Virus record (IMG/VR): IMGVR_UViG_3300017754_002116
Location: 1-27,705 of that record
DNA from: a virus
Taxonomy: Duplodnaviria; Caudoviricetes
DNA length: 27,705 nucleotides
Strand: one strand, 5' to 3'
Positions 17,505-26,641 of this stretch are shown piece by piece. The notes below the pieces were generated by a model that worked only from the letters and a program-made list of their open reading frames with translations, did not search any database and had not been told where the DNA came from. Numbering within the stretch: the first letter of the stretch is position 1; each line of letters starts with the position of its first letter. A program made the position numbers and the translations under genes.

Positions 17505-18557
17505 ATGCTGCTTGGAATTGACGGGTTCGACCATTACGGGACTTCGACGGCGGCCATGCTTGCGGGGGCATGGTCTTCGCTTTCGAACACGGCCCCATCG
17601 ACAGCCAATCCGCGAAACGGAACGCACGCGCTGCGGCTATCTTCGACAAACCCGCAATGCCGCCGGGCGATCCTTCAGGGCGTGCAATCGGTCATCGGCT
17701 TGGGGGCGGCGTTTCGAACGGTAAGTCTGCCGACGTCAAACCCGATCATGCTCACAACCTGGGCGACCGGCGCGAACGCGGCCATGTGTTCGCTATGCGT
17801 TTCGTCGACAGGCGCGCTTGAAATCAGGCAGGGCGTTTTCAACTCGACGCTGCTTGCGTCGTCCGACCCGGTCTTCACCGCGAACGAATACAATCATATC
17901 GAAGCCAAATACACTTTCGCGGGCGCGTCGGGCGCTGTCGAAGTGAAGCGGAACGGCGTCACTGTTCTGGACGCGACGAACATCAACATCGGCGCGGCGG
18001 CGACGGCGGCGCAATTCCGCATCGAACTTCCCACGGGCCACGGCGTCACAAGCTTGGACGTCGATGACCTGTATTGGTGGAACGATGAAGGTTCATTCAA
18101 TAACGATTTCCTTGGCGACCGCGTCGTCGCTTTGCTGAAGCCCAATCAGGACACGGCGGAAAGCGACTGGACGCGCAACGCCGGGTCGAACGATTACGAA
18201 GCCATCGACGACGCGGCCCCTGATGACGATACGACGTATGTCGAAGCGACTGCGCCGGGGGACGTTTCGGAATACGGGCTTGAAACCCTGCCGTCCGAAG
18301 TCGTCACCGTGACGGCGGTCATGACCTACGCTTGGGCGAAGAAAACGGACTCGGGACTTGGGACGATCCGAACGTCGCTGGTTTCGTCGGATATCGGGTC
18401 GCCGCTCGCGCCTGCGGTCGCGGCTGGCGAAGACCACGCCATCGGCGAAAACTATGGCTATCACCTCGACATTTTCGAAACCGATCCGGCGACGGGCGCC
18501 CTTTGGACGCCGTCGGCGCTGAACGCGGCGCTGGCTCGCCTGTCGCGCATCGCATAG
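17505..18557 (+). CDS. Putative virion structural protein, beta-rich
   Basis: 350 aa, starts IDGFDHY, Thr/Ser/Asp-rich; inserted between the distal tail and hub genes; RBS GAAGGG. Confidence 0.7.
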   Translation: MLLGIDGFDHYGTSTAAMLAGAWSSLSNTAPSTANPRNGTHALRLSSTNPQCRRAILQGVQSVIGLGAAFRTVSLPTSNPIMLTTWATGANAAMCSLCVSSTGALEIRQGVFNSTLLASSDPVFTANEYNHIEAKYTFAGASGAVEVKRNGVTVLDATNINIGAAATAAQFRIELPTGHGVTSLDVDDLYWWNDEGSFNNDFLGDRVVALLKPNQDTAESDWTRNAGSNDYEAIDDAAPDDDTTYVEATAPGDVSEYGLETLPSEVVTVTAVMTYAWAKKTDSGLGTIRTSLVSSDIGSPLAPAVAAGEDHAIGENYGYHLDIFETDPATGALWTPSALNAALARLSRIA

Positions 18558-18569
18558 GGAGCCGGGGCC

Positions 18570-20855
18570 ATGGCTGGCGACGTCATCCTTGTAACGAAGA
18601 CCATCCTCGCCCCCAGCGCCACGGGGGCGCAGGCGTATTCAATGCCGTCCGAACTAGGCGGCAAGACGCCGAAGGCGTTGCTGGTCTTCTGCGGCGGCGG
18701 CGTCAATGCCGGAAACGTGGGCGGCGGCGACTTCATCAACTTCTGTGGGGGGATGACCGTCAACGGCGGAAACCAGTCCTACAACGCGATGACGTCGGAC
18801 GACGCGGTCAACTCGACGAACACGATTTCCGAATGGGGCAGCGATGCAATCTGCACGACCGCCGACAGTGGAAACGGAAACATGCGCTGCACGGTCAGCG
18901 CATGGTCGGCAGACGGCTTCACGCTGAATTGGACGACGCTTGTCGTGGGCGCGCGGCTTATGCCCGTTGTCGTCGTCATCATCGCGGGCGACGATGCTGC
19001 GGCCTACACGGACAACGTCAGCCTCGGCACGGGGACGTCCGCTATCGATATCACCGCGCCGAACTTTCAGCCGGACCTTGTGCTGTTCCTCGGCTGTCAG
19101 ACGGCGAACGCATCATCGACCCACGGCGACGGCGCGGCCTTCGGGATCGGCGCGGCGACCCCGACGCAACAGCGTTGCATGGTATAGGGCGAGAACGACG
19201 CGGTCGCTTCCGGCGGTCAGCCCTGTTCGCAAGTCCGCGATGATTGCGCATGGATGGGCATCACGCGCACGACCGGCGCGGCGGGTTACACGGTCCAATG
19301 CGACACGTTCGACAGCCAAGGTTTTTCGCTAACCCCCAGCGCGTCGGCGACGAACCATCGTCTGTCATACATGGCCCTCGACCTGGACGGCCTCGGCGTG
19401 TCGCTGATGGACCTAGTGACGGAGACAGTGACCGGGAACAAGGCTTACACGGGCGTCGCTTTTCAACCGGCCTTCGGCCTGCTTGCCATGTCGAACATGG
19501 CGAACCTGAACACGGCTTACTTCAACCAGATCGAAGCCGTCGGGATTGTCGTCGGCGCGTTCGACAGGTTCGGAAATCAGGCAAGCCATGGGATCACCGA
19601 AGACGACACGGCTGATCCGACAAACAACAAACAGCGGACGGACGCGACGCATGTCCTGCAAGCGCCGAACAGGACTGACGTCGCCGCCACACTGGCGAAC
19701 ATTATCAGCATTGAAAGCGACGGCTTCACGCTCAATTATTCGGCGGTCAACGGTAACGCGCAACGCGGGTTTATAATCCTTGTCGAAGGCCCGCCGCCGG
19801 TCCCCGCCGCTGGCGCGCGCGTCAGCCAGCTTGCATCGCTCGCGTTGTCGGAAGTCGACGCCGACCTGCGAACCAGCCAGCTTGCCGCGCTCGCGCTGGG
19901 GGAAGTCGAAGTCGAAGTCCGGGCGAGCCAGCTAGTCGTTCTGGTCCTAGGTGACTTGGGCATCCCGACGCGCGTCAGCCAGCTTGCATTCCTGGCGCTG
20001 GTCACTAGCTCCCCGTGTCTTACCCGTCGCTGTCGCCTCTGGAAATTGACCCGTCTAGACGGAACCGTGTTCGCCTACACGGATCACGACCGCGACCTGA
20101 CCGTGGAAGGCGTGACCTATAAACAGTGCGCGTCGCTTATGAGCTCGGCAACGCAGACCGCATCCGAAGCCGACGCCGTCGGGGATACGCAACTGACGGG
20201 CATCCTGTCGGACGATGACATAACCGAGGCGGACCTGTTCGCGGGCCGCTTCGATGGCGCGACCATCGAAATCTTCGAAACGTCGTGGGATCAGACGACG
20301 GACCCGATGACGACGCGGCGACTTGCGGCCGGCATCACCGGGCCAGCCAAGCAGGGCGAAGGACGCTTCACGGTCGACGCCCTGTCCTATGGCGCGCTGA
20401 TCGCACAAAAGGCGCTGTTGCAGACTGTCACGCCGCATTGCCGGTTCGCCCTGTATGACAGCCGCTGCGGCCTGTCGCGCGCGGCCTTCCTCGAAACCGG
20501 AACCGTGACGTCCGTCCCCGCGCTGAACGCTTTCACGCAAGCGAACTTCCGTCGGTTCACGGACAGCGCACGAACCGAAAGCGGCGACTATTTCGCGATT
20601 GGAAAACTGACATGGACGACGGGTCCGAACGCGGGGCTGTCGTCGGAAGTGAAGGCGTTCGCCAGCGGCCAGTTCCTTCTGTGGGAGCCGTTGCCGTATG
20701 CGATCAGCATCGGCGATGAATACGAAGTCGCGCCGGGTTGCGACTTCCTGAAGCCGACGTGCGTTGGCAAGTTCAACAACTTCGTAAACTTCGGCGGCTT
20801 CCCCGACCTGCCCGGAACGGACGCCATCATTCGCAGCCCGGACGCCAAGCAATGA
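18570..20855 (+). CDS. Tail hub protein (DUF2163 / RcGTA g13-like) with long N-terminal extension, interrupted by an in-frame TAG at 19185-19187
   Basis: ORFs 18570..19187 and 19254..20855 share a frame. The C-terminal part has LWKLTRLDG..FAYTDHDRDL, CRFALYDSRCGL and GCD....C..KFNNFVNFGGFP. Confidence 0.85.
19818..20021 (+). repeat. Four 51-bp (17-aa) tandem repeats, RxSQL
   Basis: RVSQL, RTSQL, RASQL and RVSQL start at 19818, 19869, 19920 and 19971. Confidence 0.9.
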
Positions 20856-21325
20856 CGCCAGCCATGCGCGCCGCCATCGTCGCCGAAGCCCGCGAATGGA
20901 TCGGGACGCCCTACCGTCATCAGGCTTATCTGAAGGGCGTCGCCTGCGATTGCTGGGGCCTTGTGCGCGGCGTCGGCGAAGCCCTGTCGATCATCAACGT
21001 CGACCCGCATCGCTTCGCGCGCTTCCGTTCCTATGCGCGACTCCCGAACCCGAAGAAAATGGGCGAGGGTCTGGCGACCTTCCTAGATCCAGTGGCGAAG
21101 GAAGACGCCGGGCCGGGCGACGTCGTCTGGCTGGCGTGGCGACCGGAAGTCCCGATGCACTTGGGCATCCTTGCCGAACACAACGGCGCGCCTTCGCTGA
21201 TCCACGCCGAAGGGCTGGTCGGGCGGACGACTGAACTGGCTATCGGCCCCGACCTGGCTGCGCTATTCCATTCGTTCTTCCGTTATCCGGGGTCGCTGTC
21301 ATGGTCGAATTCGTCGCACAAATAG
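20852..21325 (+). CDS. NlpC/P60 tail-associated peptidase (RcGTA g14-like)
   Basis: AREWIGTPYRHQ...GVACDCWGLVRGV, HLGI, LIHA. Confidence 0.95.
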   Translation: MTPAMRAAIVAEAREWIGTPYRHQAYLKGVACDCWGLVRGVGEALSIINVDPHRFARFRSYARLPNPKKMGEGLATFLDPVAKEDAGPGDVVWLAWRPEVPMHLGILAEHNGAPSLIHAEGLVGRTTELAIGPDLAALFHSFFRYPGSLSWSNSSHK

Positions 21326-23583
21326 CAATCTCGGCGCTGGTCAACGCCGGTATCAACGCCATTTTTCCGACACGGATCGAAGGCCCGCGCCTGTCGAACC
21401 TTCGCGCGCAAAAGTCGACCTATGGCGCGCCCATCCCGAAACTGTGGGGACCGAACCCGCCACGCGCAGCGGGGAACATCATCTATTCGAGCGGGCTTGT
21501 GGAGCGGAAGCGCAAGCAGTCTTCGAAGGGCAAAGGCAAGCAGTCCGCCACGACCTACACCTATTCGACGAACATCGCCGTTCTTCTGGCCGATGGACGG
21601 ACGGAAGGGCTTCGCCGGATTTGGGCGAACGGAAAGCTTATGTTCGACCGCGACACGTATGCGGGAACGATCACCGGCCCGACGTCCGATTATGGAATGC
21701 AGGCGATAGACGGAACGACGAAGGGACAGGTCTGGTTTCGCATCACCTATTATCAGGGGACGGCGGTTCAGACCGTGAACCCCTATCTCGAGAGCGCCTT
21801 GGGCGTTGGCAACACGCCCGCTTATAGACACTCGACCTATGTCGTCATCGAAGGGCTTCAGCTTGCGGACTATGGCAACACGCTTCCGCAACTCGAATTC
21901 GAACTCGAGGGAGACGCCGCCGCAACGCTGGGGGACGTCGTCGACGACATTGTGCAGACCTGCGGCGCGCCCGGCGTCGTCGGCAAGGCGGGAACGCCAA
22001 TGGTCCGGGGCTACATGCTCGCATCGGAAAGCAAGGCGTGGGACGCGCTGAAGCCGCTGCTTGCGGCGTATGCCTATGACGTCGCCGACCATGGCGGACA
22101 GCTTCGGTTGCAGCGTCGCGGACAAGGCATGTCCGGTTCGCTCGAGCGTGATTTGCTGGGGGTTCAGTCCTATCCGCGCACGCCGGGCGACGTCGTCGTT
22201 CTTGAACGGATGGAAGACCGCGAACTCCCGCTTGAAACGACCGTGACCTTCGCCGATGCGAACCGGGATTATCAGCCGAACGCAGTTCAGTCGCGTCGGC
22301 AGATCGGGACGGCGCAGACGAAGACGACGGCGGACCTTCCGCTGACGCTGACGACGGATGAAGCGGTCAACATCGCGGACAGGATTTCGTTCGATCAGCA
22401 TTCGTCGCGGCGAACCGTGAAGTTCGCAGGCTCGCGCCGCCACGCCCACGTCCTGCCGGGCAAGACTTACGGCATCCCGGTTCCTACGCGGCCTTACATG
22501 CCGTTTCGCATCCTGCGGAAGACCGAAGGCAATGACGGGGTCATTGAATTCGAAGGCAGCTATGAAGACGGCGAAATCTACACAAGCACGCGTCCAGGTG
22601 CAGAGAGTGACATTCCCACGAACGAAGTCACCGAAGCGGGAACGACGACGCTGCTTCTGATCGACGCGCCCATGCTGGACTCGGAAGACGACGACACGGG
22701 ATTTTATTGGGGGGCGACCGGCGCGGCGTCGGGCTGGCGCGGCGCGAACATCTTCAGGTCATCGGACGGCGGGGCGAGCTATTCGCAGATGGCGGCGACC
22801 GGCGTCCCTGCCGTTCTCGGGACGGTCGCGCTCGCCCTGGCGGCTGGCCCTGCCGATTTGTGGGACTATGCGAACACGATCAGCGTCGAGCTTGTGAACG
22901 ACAGTGACGAACTCGAAAGCGTGACGGAAGACGCTGCCCTGAACGGGGCCAACGCCTTCTGGCTTGGCGACGCAAGCGGACAGGACGGGGAAGTCATTCA
23001 GTTCACGACGGCGGTTCTGACGTCGCCCGGCGTCTATTCGCTGTCGGGTCTGCTGCGCGGCCGGCGCGGGACCGATCACGCCATCGGCTCCCATGGGACC
23101 AATGAATTCTTCATGTTGATCGAACCCGACACGCTGGAACGCCAGAACTTCGGCGCGGGGGATTGGAACAAGGAACGGGCCTATAAGCCGGTCTCGCTGC
23201 TGACCGATATCGACGACGTCGCGCCGCAGAACTTCACGAACGCGGGCGAACGCAAGCGCCCGTTCGCGCCGGTTCATGTCATGGGCGAGCGGGACGGCTC
23301 GAATAACCTGACGCTGACGGCGATCAGGCGGACGCGCGTCAGCGCCCCGGACTTCGGCGAAGGCCCGGTCCCGTTGGGGGAGGAAACGGAAGCCTATGAA
23401 GTCGATATCCTTGACGGGGTCGACGTCGTCAGGACGATCAGCATCGCGGGCGCGCCGTCGACAACCTACAGCGCGGCGGATCAGACGACGGACGGCCTGA
23501 CGCCGGGCGATCCTGTCGACCTTGTCTGGTATCAGCTTTCGACGGTCAGGGGCCGGGGTCGCGGTCGCGCGGCGACGGTTTGA
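21301..23583 (+). CDS. Phage tail tip protein (RcGTA g15-related; no recognisable TIM-barrel insert)
   Basis: STYGAPIPKLWG...AGNII, RRIWANGKL, PAYR...YVV, LADYGN.LP, LSGLLRGRRGT, PLGEETEAYEVDI. Confidence 0.9.
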   Translation: MVEFVAQIAISALVNAGINAIFPTRIEGPRLSNLRAQKSTYGAPIPKLWGPNPPRAAGNIIYSSGLVERKRKQSSKGKGKQSATTYTYSTNIAVLLADGRTEGLRRIWANGKLMFDRDTYAGTITGPTSDYGMQAIDGTTKGQVWFRITYYQGTAVQTVNPYLESALGVGNTPAYRHSTYVVIEGLQLADYGNTLPQLEFELEGDAAATLGDVVDDIVQTCGAPGVVGKAGTPMVRGYMLASESKAWDALKPLLAAYAYDVADHGGQLRLQRRGQGMSGSLERDLLGVQSYPRTPGDVVVLERMEDRELPLETTVTFADANRDYQPNAVQSRRQIGTAQTKTTADLPLTLTTDEAVNIADRISFDQHSSRRTVKFAGSRRHAHVLPGKTYGIPVPTRPYMPFRILRKTEGNDGVIEFEGSYEDGEIYTSTRPGAESDIPTNEVTEAGTTTLLLIDAPMLDSEDDDTGFYWGATGAASGWRGANIFRSSDGGASYSQMAATGVPAVLGTVALALAAGPADLWDYANTISVELVNDSDELESVTEDAALNGANAFWLGDASGQDGEVIQFTTAVLTSPGVYSLSGLLRGRRGTDHAIGSHGTNEFFMLIEPDTLERQNFGAGDWNKERAYKPVSLLTDIDDVAPQNFTNAGERKRPFAPVHVMGERDGSNNLTLTAIRRTRVSAPDFGEGPVPLGEETEAYEVDILDGVDVVRTISIAGAPSTTYSAADQTTDGLTPGDPVDLVWYQLSTVRGRGRGRAATV

Positions 23584-23594
23584 GAGATCCAGTA

Positions 23595-23870
23595 ATGGCG
23601 AACGATTTCGAATATGAAGGCGACGGCCCGGACGGAAAGCCGAAATGGCTGCTGTTCCCTTGCCAGATGCGCGGGGCCGATCCTGAAGACCGTTGCCGGA
23701 TCGCGCTGCGCCCGCATCAGAAGAACGGGAGCGGGGCGAGCTGGGAGGCGGACGGGAAGGCTGCGCCGACCGTTGCGCCGTCCATCCTTTGCGGCGACAA
23801 GGCGCGTCCGACCTGTCACTTTCATATCGTCGGCGGCAAGTTCAACCTTTGCGGGGATCATCCGAAATGA
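23595..23870 (+). CDS. Small Cys/His-rich protein (DUF6527-like pattern)
   Basis: FPC...CRI...SWEADG..APTVAPSILC...CHFHIVGG; family recalled from the motif only. Confidence 0.6.
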   Translation: MANDFEYEGDGPDGKPKWLLFPCQMRGADPEDRCRIALRPHQKNGSGASWEADGKAAPTVAPSILCGDKARPTCHFHIVGGKFNLCGDHPK

Positions 23871-24523
23871 CGACTTCACCGGACCTTGGAATTCCGTTCA
23901 TCGCTGAAAGCCAGTCGCAGCCGAACGTCATTCACAACGAGGCAATTCTGGCGCTTCAGGTTCTCGCGCTTGGCGTGATCGACAGACACGGGAACACGCC
24001 CGCCGTCGGCCCGGCTGATGGCGACGCCTACATTGTCGGGACCGTCCCGACCGGCGCGTGGGCGGGCCGGGCGAACTGCATCGCCTATTATCTCAGCGGC
24101 TGGCGGTTCATCGCAGGGAACGACAGCGACGGGACGCCGATCACGATGGGCGCGGCGCAAGAGGGTTTGCGCGTGTTCGTTCAGGCGGAAAACCGGACCT
24201 ACACTTGGACCGGGGCGGCTTGGCTGGCGGACCCGCGCCCGGACACTTACGCGGCGAACGCAGTCGATGCGGACTTCACGCTGACGCCGCTGACGTCCGC
24301 CAAGCGGACGCGGTCGACGGCGACGCTGGGGGCCGACCGCGCCGTGACCCTGTCGACGACGTCGGCGGTCGCTGGCGACAGCTTCCGCATCACGCGGACA
24401 GGCGGCGGCGCGTTCAACCTGAACGTCGGGACCGGCCCGCTGAAGGCGCTGGCGACTAATACATGGTGCGAAGTCACCTATGACGGCGCGGCATGGTTCC
24501 TTTCAGCCTATGGGGCGTTGTGA
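23867..24523 (+). CDS. DUF2793-family tail fibre/spike-associated protein
   Basis: LGIPFIAESQSQPNVIHNEAI, DGDAYIV...PTGAWAG, GWRF. Confidence 0.85.
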   Translation: MTTSPDLGIPFIAESQSQPNVIHNEAILALQVLALGVIDRHGNTPAVGPADGDAYIVGTVPTGAWAGRANCIAYYLSGWRFIAGNDSDGTPITMGAAQEGLRVFVQAENRTYTWTGAAWLADPRPDTYAANAVDADFTLTPLTSAKRTRSTATLGADRAVTLSTTSAVAGDSFRITRTGGGAFNLNVGTGPLKALATNTWCEVTYDGAAWFLSAYGAL

Positions 24524-24966
24524 TGGCCGGGACACTCTACGCGGGCGGCTGGCCTGCTTCGCAGAAATGGGACTCGGCCCGCTGGCCGAACTTCACGCCC
24601 GCCGAACTGGCCTGCAAATGCCGCAACCGCTTTTGCGGCGGCGAATACTTTCACGACCCCGAATTCCTGGACGCGCTGACGGCGCTGCGCGAAGCCATGG
24701 CTGGCCCCCTCATCATCAACAGCGGGCATCGCTGCGCGAAGTGGAACGCGCACGAAGGCGGGGCCGTGGGGTCGCATCATCTGACGATTGCGGCCGACGT
24801 TCGCATCGATCCGCACGACCGCCACAAGCTGCGCGCGGAAGCCGAACGGCTCGGCTTCAACGGGATCGGGCTGGGGCTGACGTTCCTGCATGTCGACAGG
24901 CGACCGCGCCCGGCGGTTTGGGGCTATGGCCCTGCGGCGGCTCGAGCGTGGCGTAAGCCGCGCTGA
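24523..24966 (+). CDS. Endolysin, peptidase M15A-like Zn peptidase
   Basis: NFTPAELACKC, IINSGHRC...N...GGA..SHH...AAD, FLHVD; TGATG coupling. Confidence 0.9.
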   Translation: MAGTLYAGGWPASQKWDSARWPNFTPAELACKCRNRFCGGEYFHDPEFLDALTALREAMAGPLIINSGHRCAKWNAHEGGAVGSHHLTIAADVRIDPHDRHKLRAEAERLGFNGIGLGLTFLHVDRRPRPAVWGYGPAAARAWRKPR

Positions 24967-25051
24967 TCCACGCTAGTTTCCTCCCCCGGCAAATCATGGT
25001 CTAAACCGGCCAGCCCGCCCCGGCGCGGCTCAACACACACCGGAGTCAATC

Positions 25052-25492
25052 ATGGAACCCGCCACTATCGAAATCGTCGTCAATGCCATCGTGGGGCTTG
25101 CGACCGTCATCCTGACCGCCATCGTCGCCCCGCTGCTTCTGAAGCAGGTCAAGGTCGCCGACGGGAAACTCGATCAGCAATCCCGCGACGTCCTTTATCC
25201 GATCCTTCTGAACGCGATCAGCTACGGACAGGCGAAGGCGCTTGGCGATCCGCAGGCCGCCGCCCTGTCCATCGCCGCGCTTCAGGAACACGTCGTCGGC
25301 GTGGCGACCGGCTTCGCCCGCCAGCACGCAGGCGAGACGCTGGCCGCGCTTGGCGTGACGGACGAAGCCCTGCGCCGGATGCTTCTGGCGCGGCTGCAAC
25401 AGGCAATCGCGGCAGGTCACGCCGCCATTGGCGGGATCAGCGATCAGAAGGCCGCGCTGATCGGTCAGCCGAAAACCCCGGCCAGCAACTAG
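25052..25492 (+). CDS. Putative holin-like membrane protein
   Basis: One N-terminal hydrophobic helix followed by a helical domain; follows the endolysin. Confidence 0.55.
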   Translation: MEPATIEIVVNAIVGLATVILTAIVAPLLLKQVKVADGKLDQQSRDVLYPILLNAISYGQAKALGDPQAAALSIAALQEHVVGVATGFARQHAGETLAALGVTDEALRRMLLARLQQAIAAGHAAIGGISDQKAALIGQPKTPASN

Positions 25493-25504
25493 GAGACGAC
25501 ACAC

Positions 25505-25936
25505 ATGAAGACCATTCTGAAATCCGCGCTTCTGGCGATCGCAGTCTGCGGCGCGTCACTGTCCGGCGGCTGCGCGCTGTTCGGAGATCCGGCTGCGGTC
25601 GCCGGGGCGCTTCCACCCGAAGCGACCGAACTGCGCATCATCCGCGCCGCGCTGACAGTTCGGGGCGCCTATGCGGCGACAACCGAACAGCTTCAGCGCG
25701 GGGTCATAACGGCGACGCAGGCGCGCGACGTGAAGGACAAGGTCGACGAAGCGGCGAAAGCCGTGACGCTGGCCGGATGCGCGACCGGCGTCCCGTTGCC
25801 GTCCGACCTGGCCGCAGACCCGATCCTTGCGGCGGCCTGCGCGGCTGCGGCGGGCGGGCAAGGCGGAACTCTGGCCGACCGCCTCGCGTTGATCGATCAG
25901 CTATTGCTGGCCGTCCTGCGCGCGCAGAAGAACTAG
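25505..25936 (+). CDS. Predicted lipoprotein (lysis module)
   Basis: MKTILK, hydrophobic core, lipobox-like LSGGC; RBS AGGAG. Confidence 0.7.
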   Translation: MKTILKSALLAIAVCGASLSGGCALFGDPAAVAGALPPEATELRIIRAALTVRGAYAATTEQLQRGVITATQARDVKDKVDEAAKAVTLAGCATGVPLPSDLAADPILAAACAAAAGGQGGTLADRLALIDQLLLAVLRAQKN

Positions 25937-25968
25937 CCCGCTAAGATCCAGTAAAAGGGACGAAGACC

Positions 25969-26184
25969 ATGAACGCAGAAACAATCCTGAAGGCTATCGA
26001 ACTCGCGCTTTCCGCAAGCGCCTTCCTTCGCCAGATCGGGAACGACCCCGACGCGCTGCAGGCCATCGTGGACAAGGCGCGGGCCGAAGGTCGCGAAATC
26101 GGCGCGGCTGAAGTCAGCCAAGCCATCGGCGACATGAACGCGGCCGGCGCAACGCTCGACGCGCTCATCGCCGCGAAATCGTAA
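25969..26184 (+). CDS. Small helical hypothetical protein
   Basis: RBS AAAGGG; codon style matches neighbouring genes. Confidence 0.7.
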   Translation: MNAETILKAIELALSASAFLRQIGNDPDALQAIVDKARAEGREIGAAEVSQAIGDMNAAGATLDALIAAKS

Positions 26185-26199
26185 CCGCAGGGGGATGCA

Positions 26200-26496
26200 A
26201 TGAACGACACGCCGAAGACCGCTGCTGTCGAAACGTCGCACTGGACGCTAGACAAACGCATCCCCCTTGCGCTGCTTGTCACGCTTGGGTTTCAGACCAT
26301 CGCCGTCGTCATTTGGGGGTCGACGCTGACGTCTGACGTCGGGCGGCTGAAGGACGATCAGGCCCGCGCCCTCGCGCGTGTCGACCGCACTGAACAGGCG
26401 ACGACGAAGCTTGACCTTGTTCAATACCGGCTGGATCAGGTCGACCAAAGAACGGCGCGGATCGAAGCGAAACTCGACGCCGCTTCTGGAAACTGA
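26200..26496 (+). CDS. Single-TM coiled-coil membrane protein (holin or lysis accessory)
   Basis: WTLDKRIPLALLVTL...VVIWG then a heptad pattern ending RIEAKLD. Confidence 0.65.
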   Translation: MNDTPKTAAVETSHWTLDKRIPLALLVTLGFQTIAVVIWGSTLTSDVGRLKDDQARALARVDRTEQATTKLDLVQYRLDQVDQRTARIEAKLDAASGN

Positions 26497-26573
26497 TTTT
26501 ATTCACAAGCCGCAATGTCGCGGTTTTTGAATAGGAAAGGACGTCTGCCCAAAGTCGGCGAACTCGCTACGTG

Positions 26574-26609
26574 AACGCCCGCCCTTGGAAGGGGCGGGCG
26601 TTTTCGTTT
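26574..26609 (+). terminator. Intrinsic terminator ending the late operon, between convergent genes
   Basis: AACGCCCGCCCT / GGGGCGGGCGTT stem followed by TTCGTTT. Confidence 0.85.
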
Positions 26610-26641
26610 GCGCGATCGAAGACTGGCGCGAAGCGCCATGG

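Noticed and set aside
5154-20021. CRISPR array or DGR template/variable repeat pair
   Set aside because: The repeats found are in-frame coding repeats. I saw no spacer-separated repeats, no reverse transcriptase and no adenine-specific mismatched pair.
16822-24523. Gene transfer agent cluster
   Set aside because: The tail tip is RcGTA-like, but the P27-type TerS, ClpP-type protease, longer tape measure, linked lysis genes and phage-like flanking ORFs indicate a phage or prophage.
1263-25936. Genome-wide TAG reassignment (genetic code 15)
   Set aside because: TAG is the normal stop of many intact genes (6346, 11630, 14426, 16813, 17490, 25936). Several TAG stops are in frame with the next gene (12620, 14725, 18557, 25492), but they fall at family-typical ends, mostly with an RBS for the next gene, and about as many are out of frame.
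350-25954. AGATCC motif as Illumina adapter carry-over
   Set aside because: The adapter continues AGATCGGAAG, and two copies lie in frame inside intact genes.
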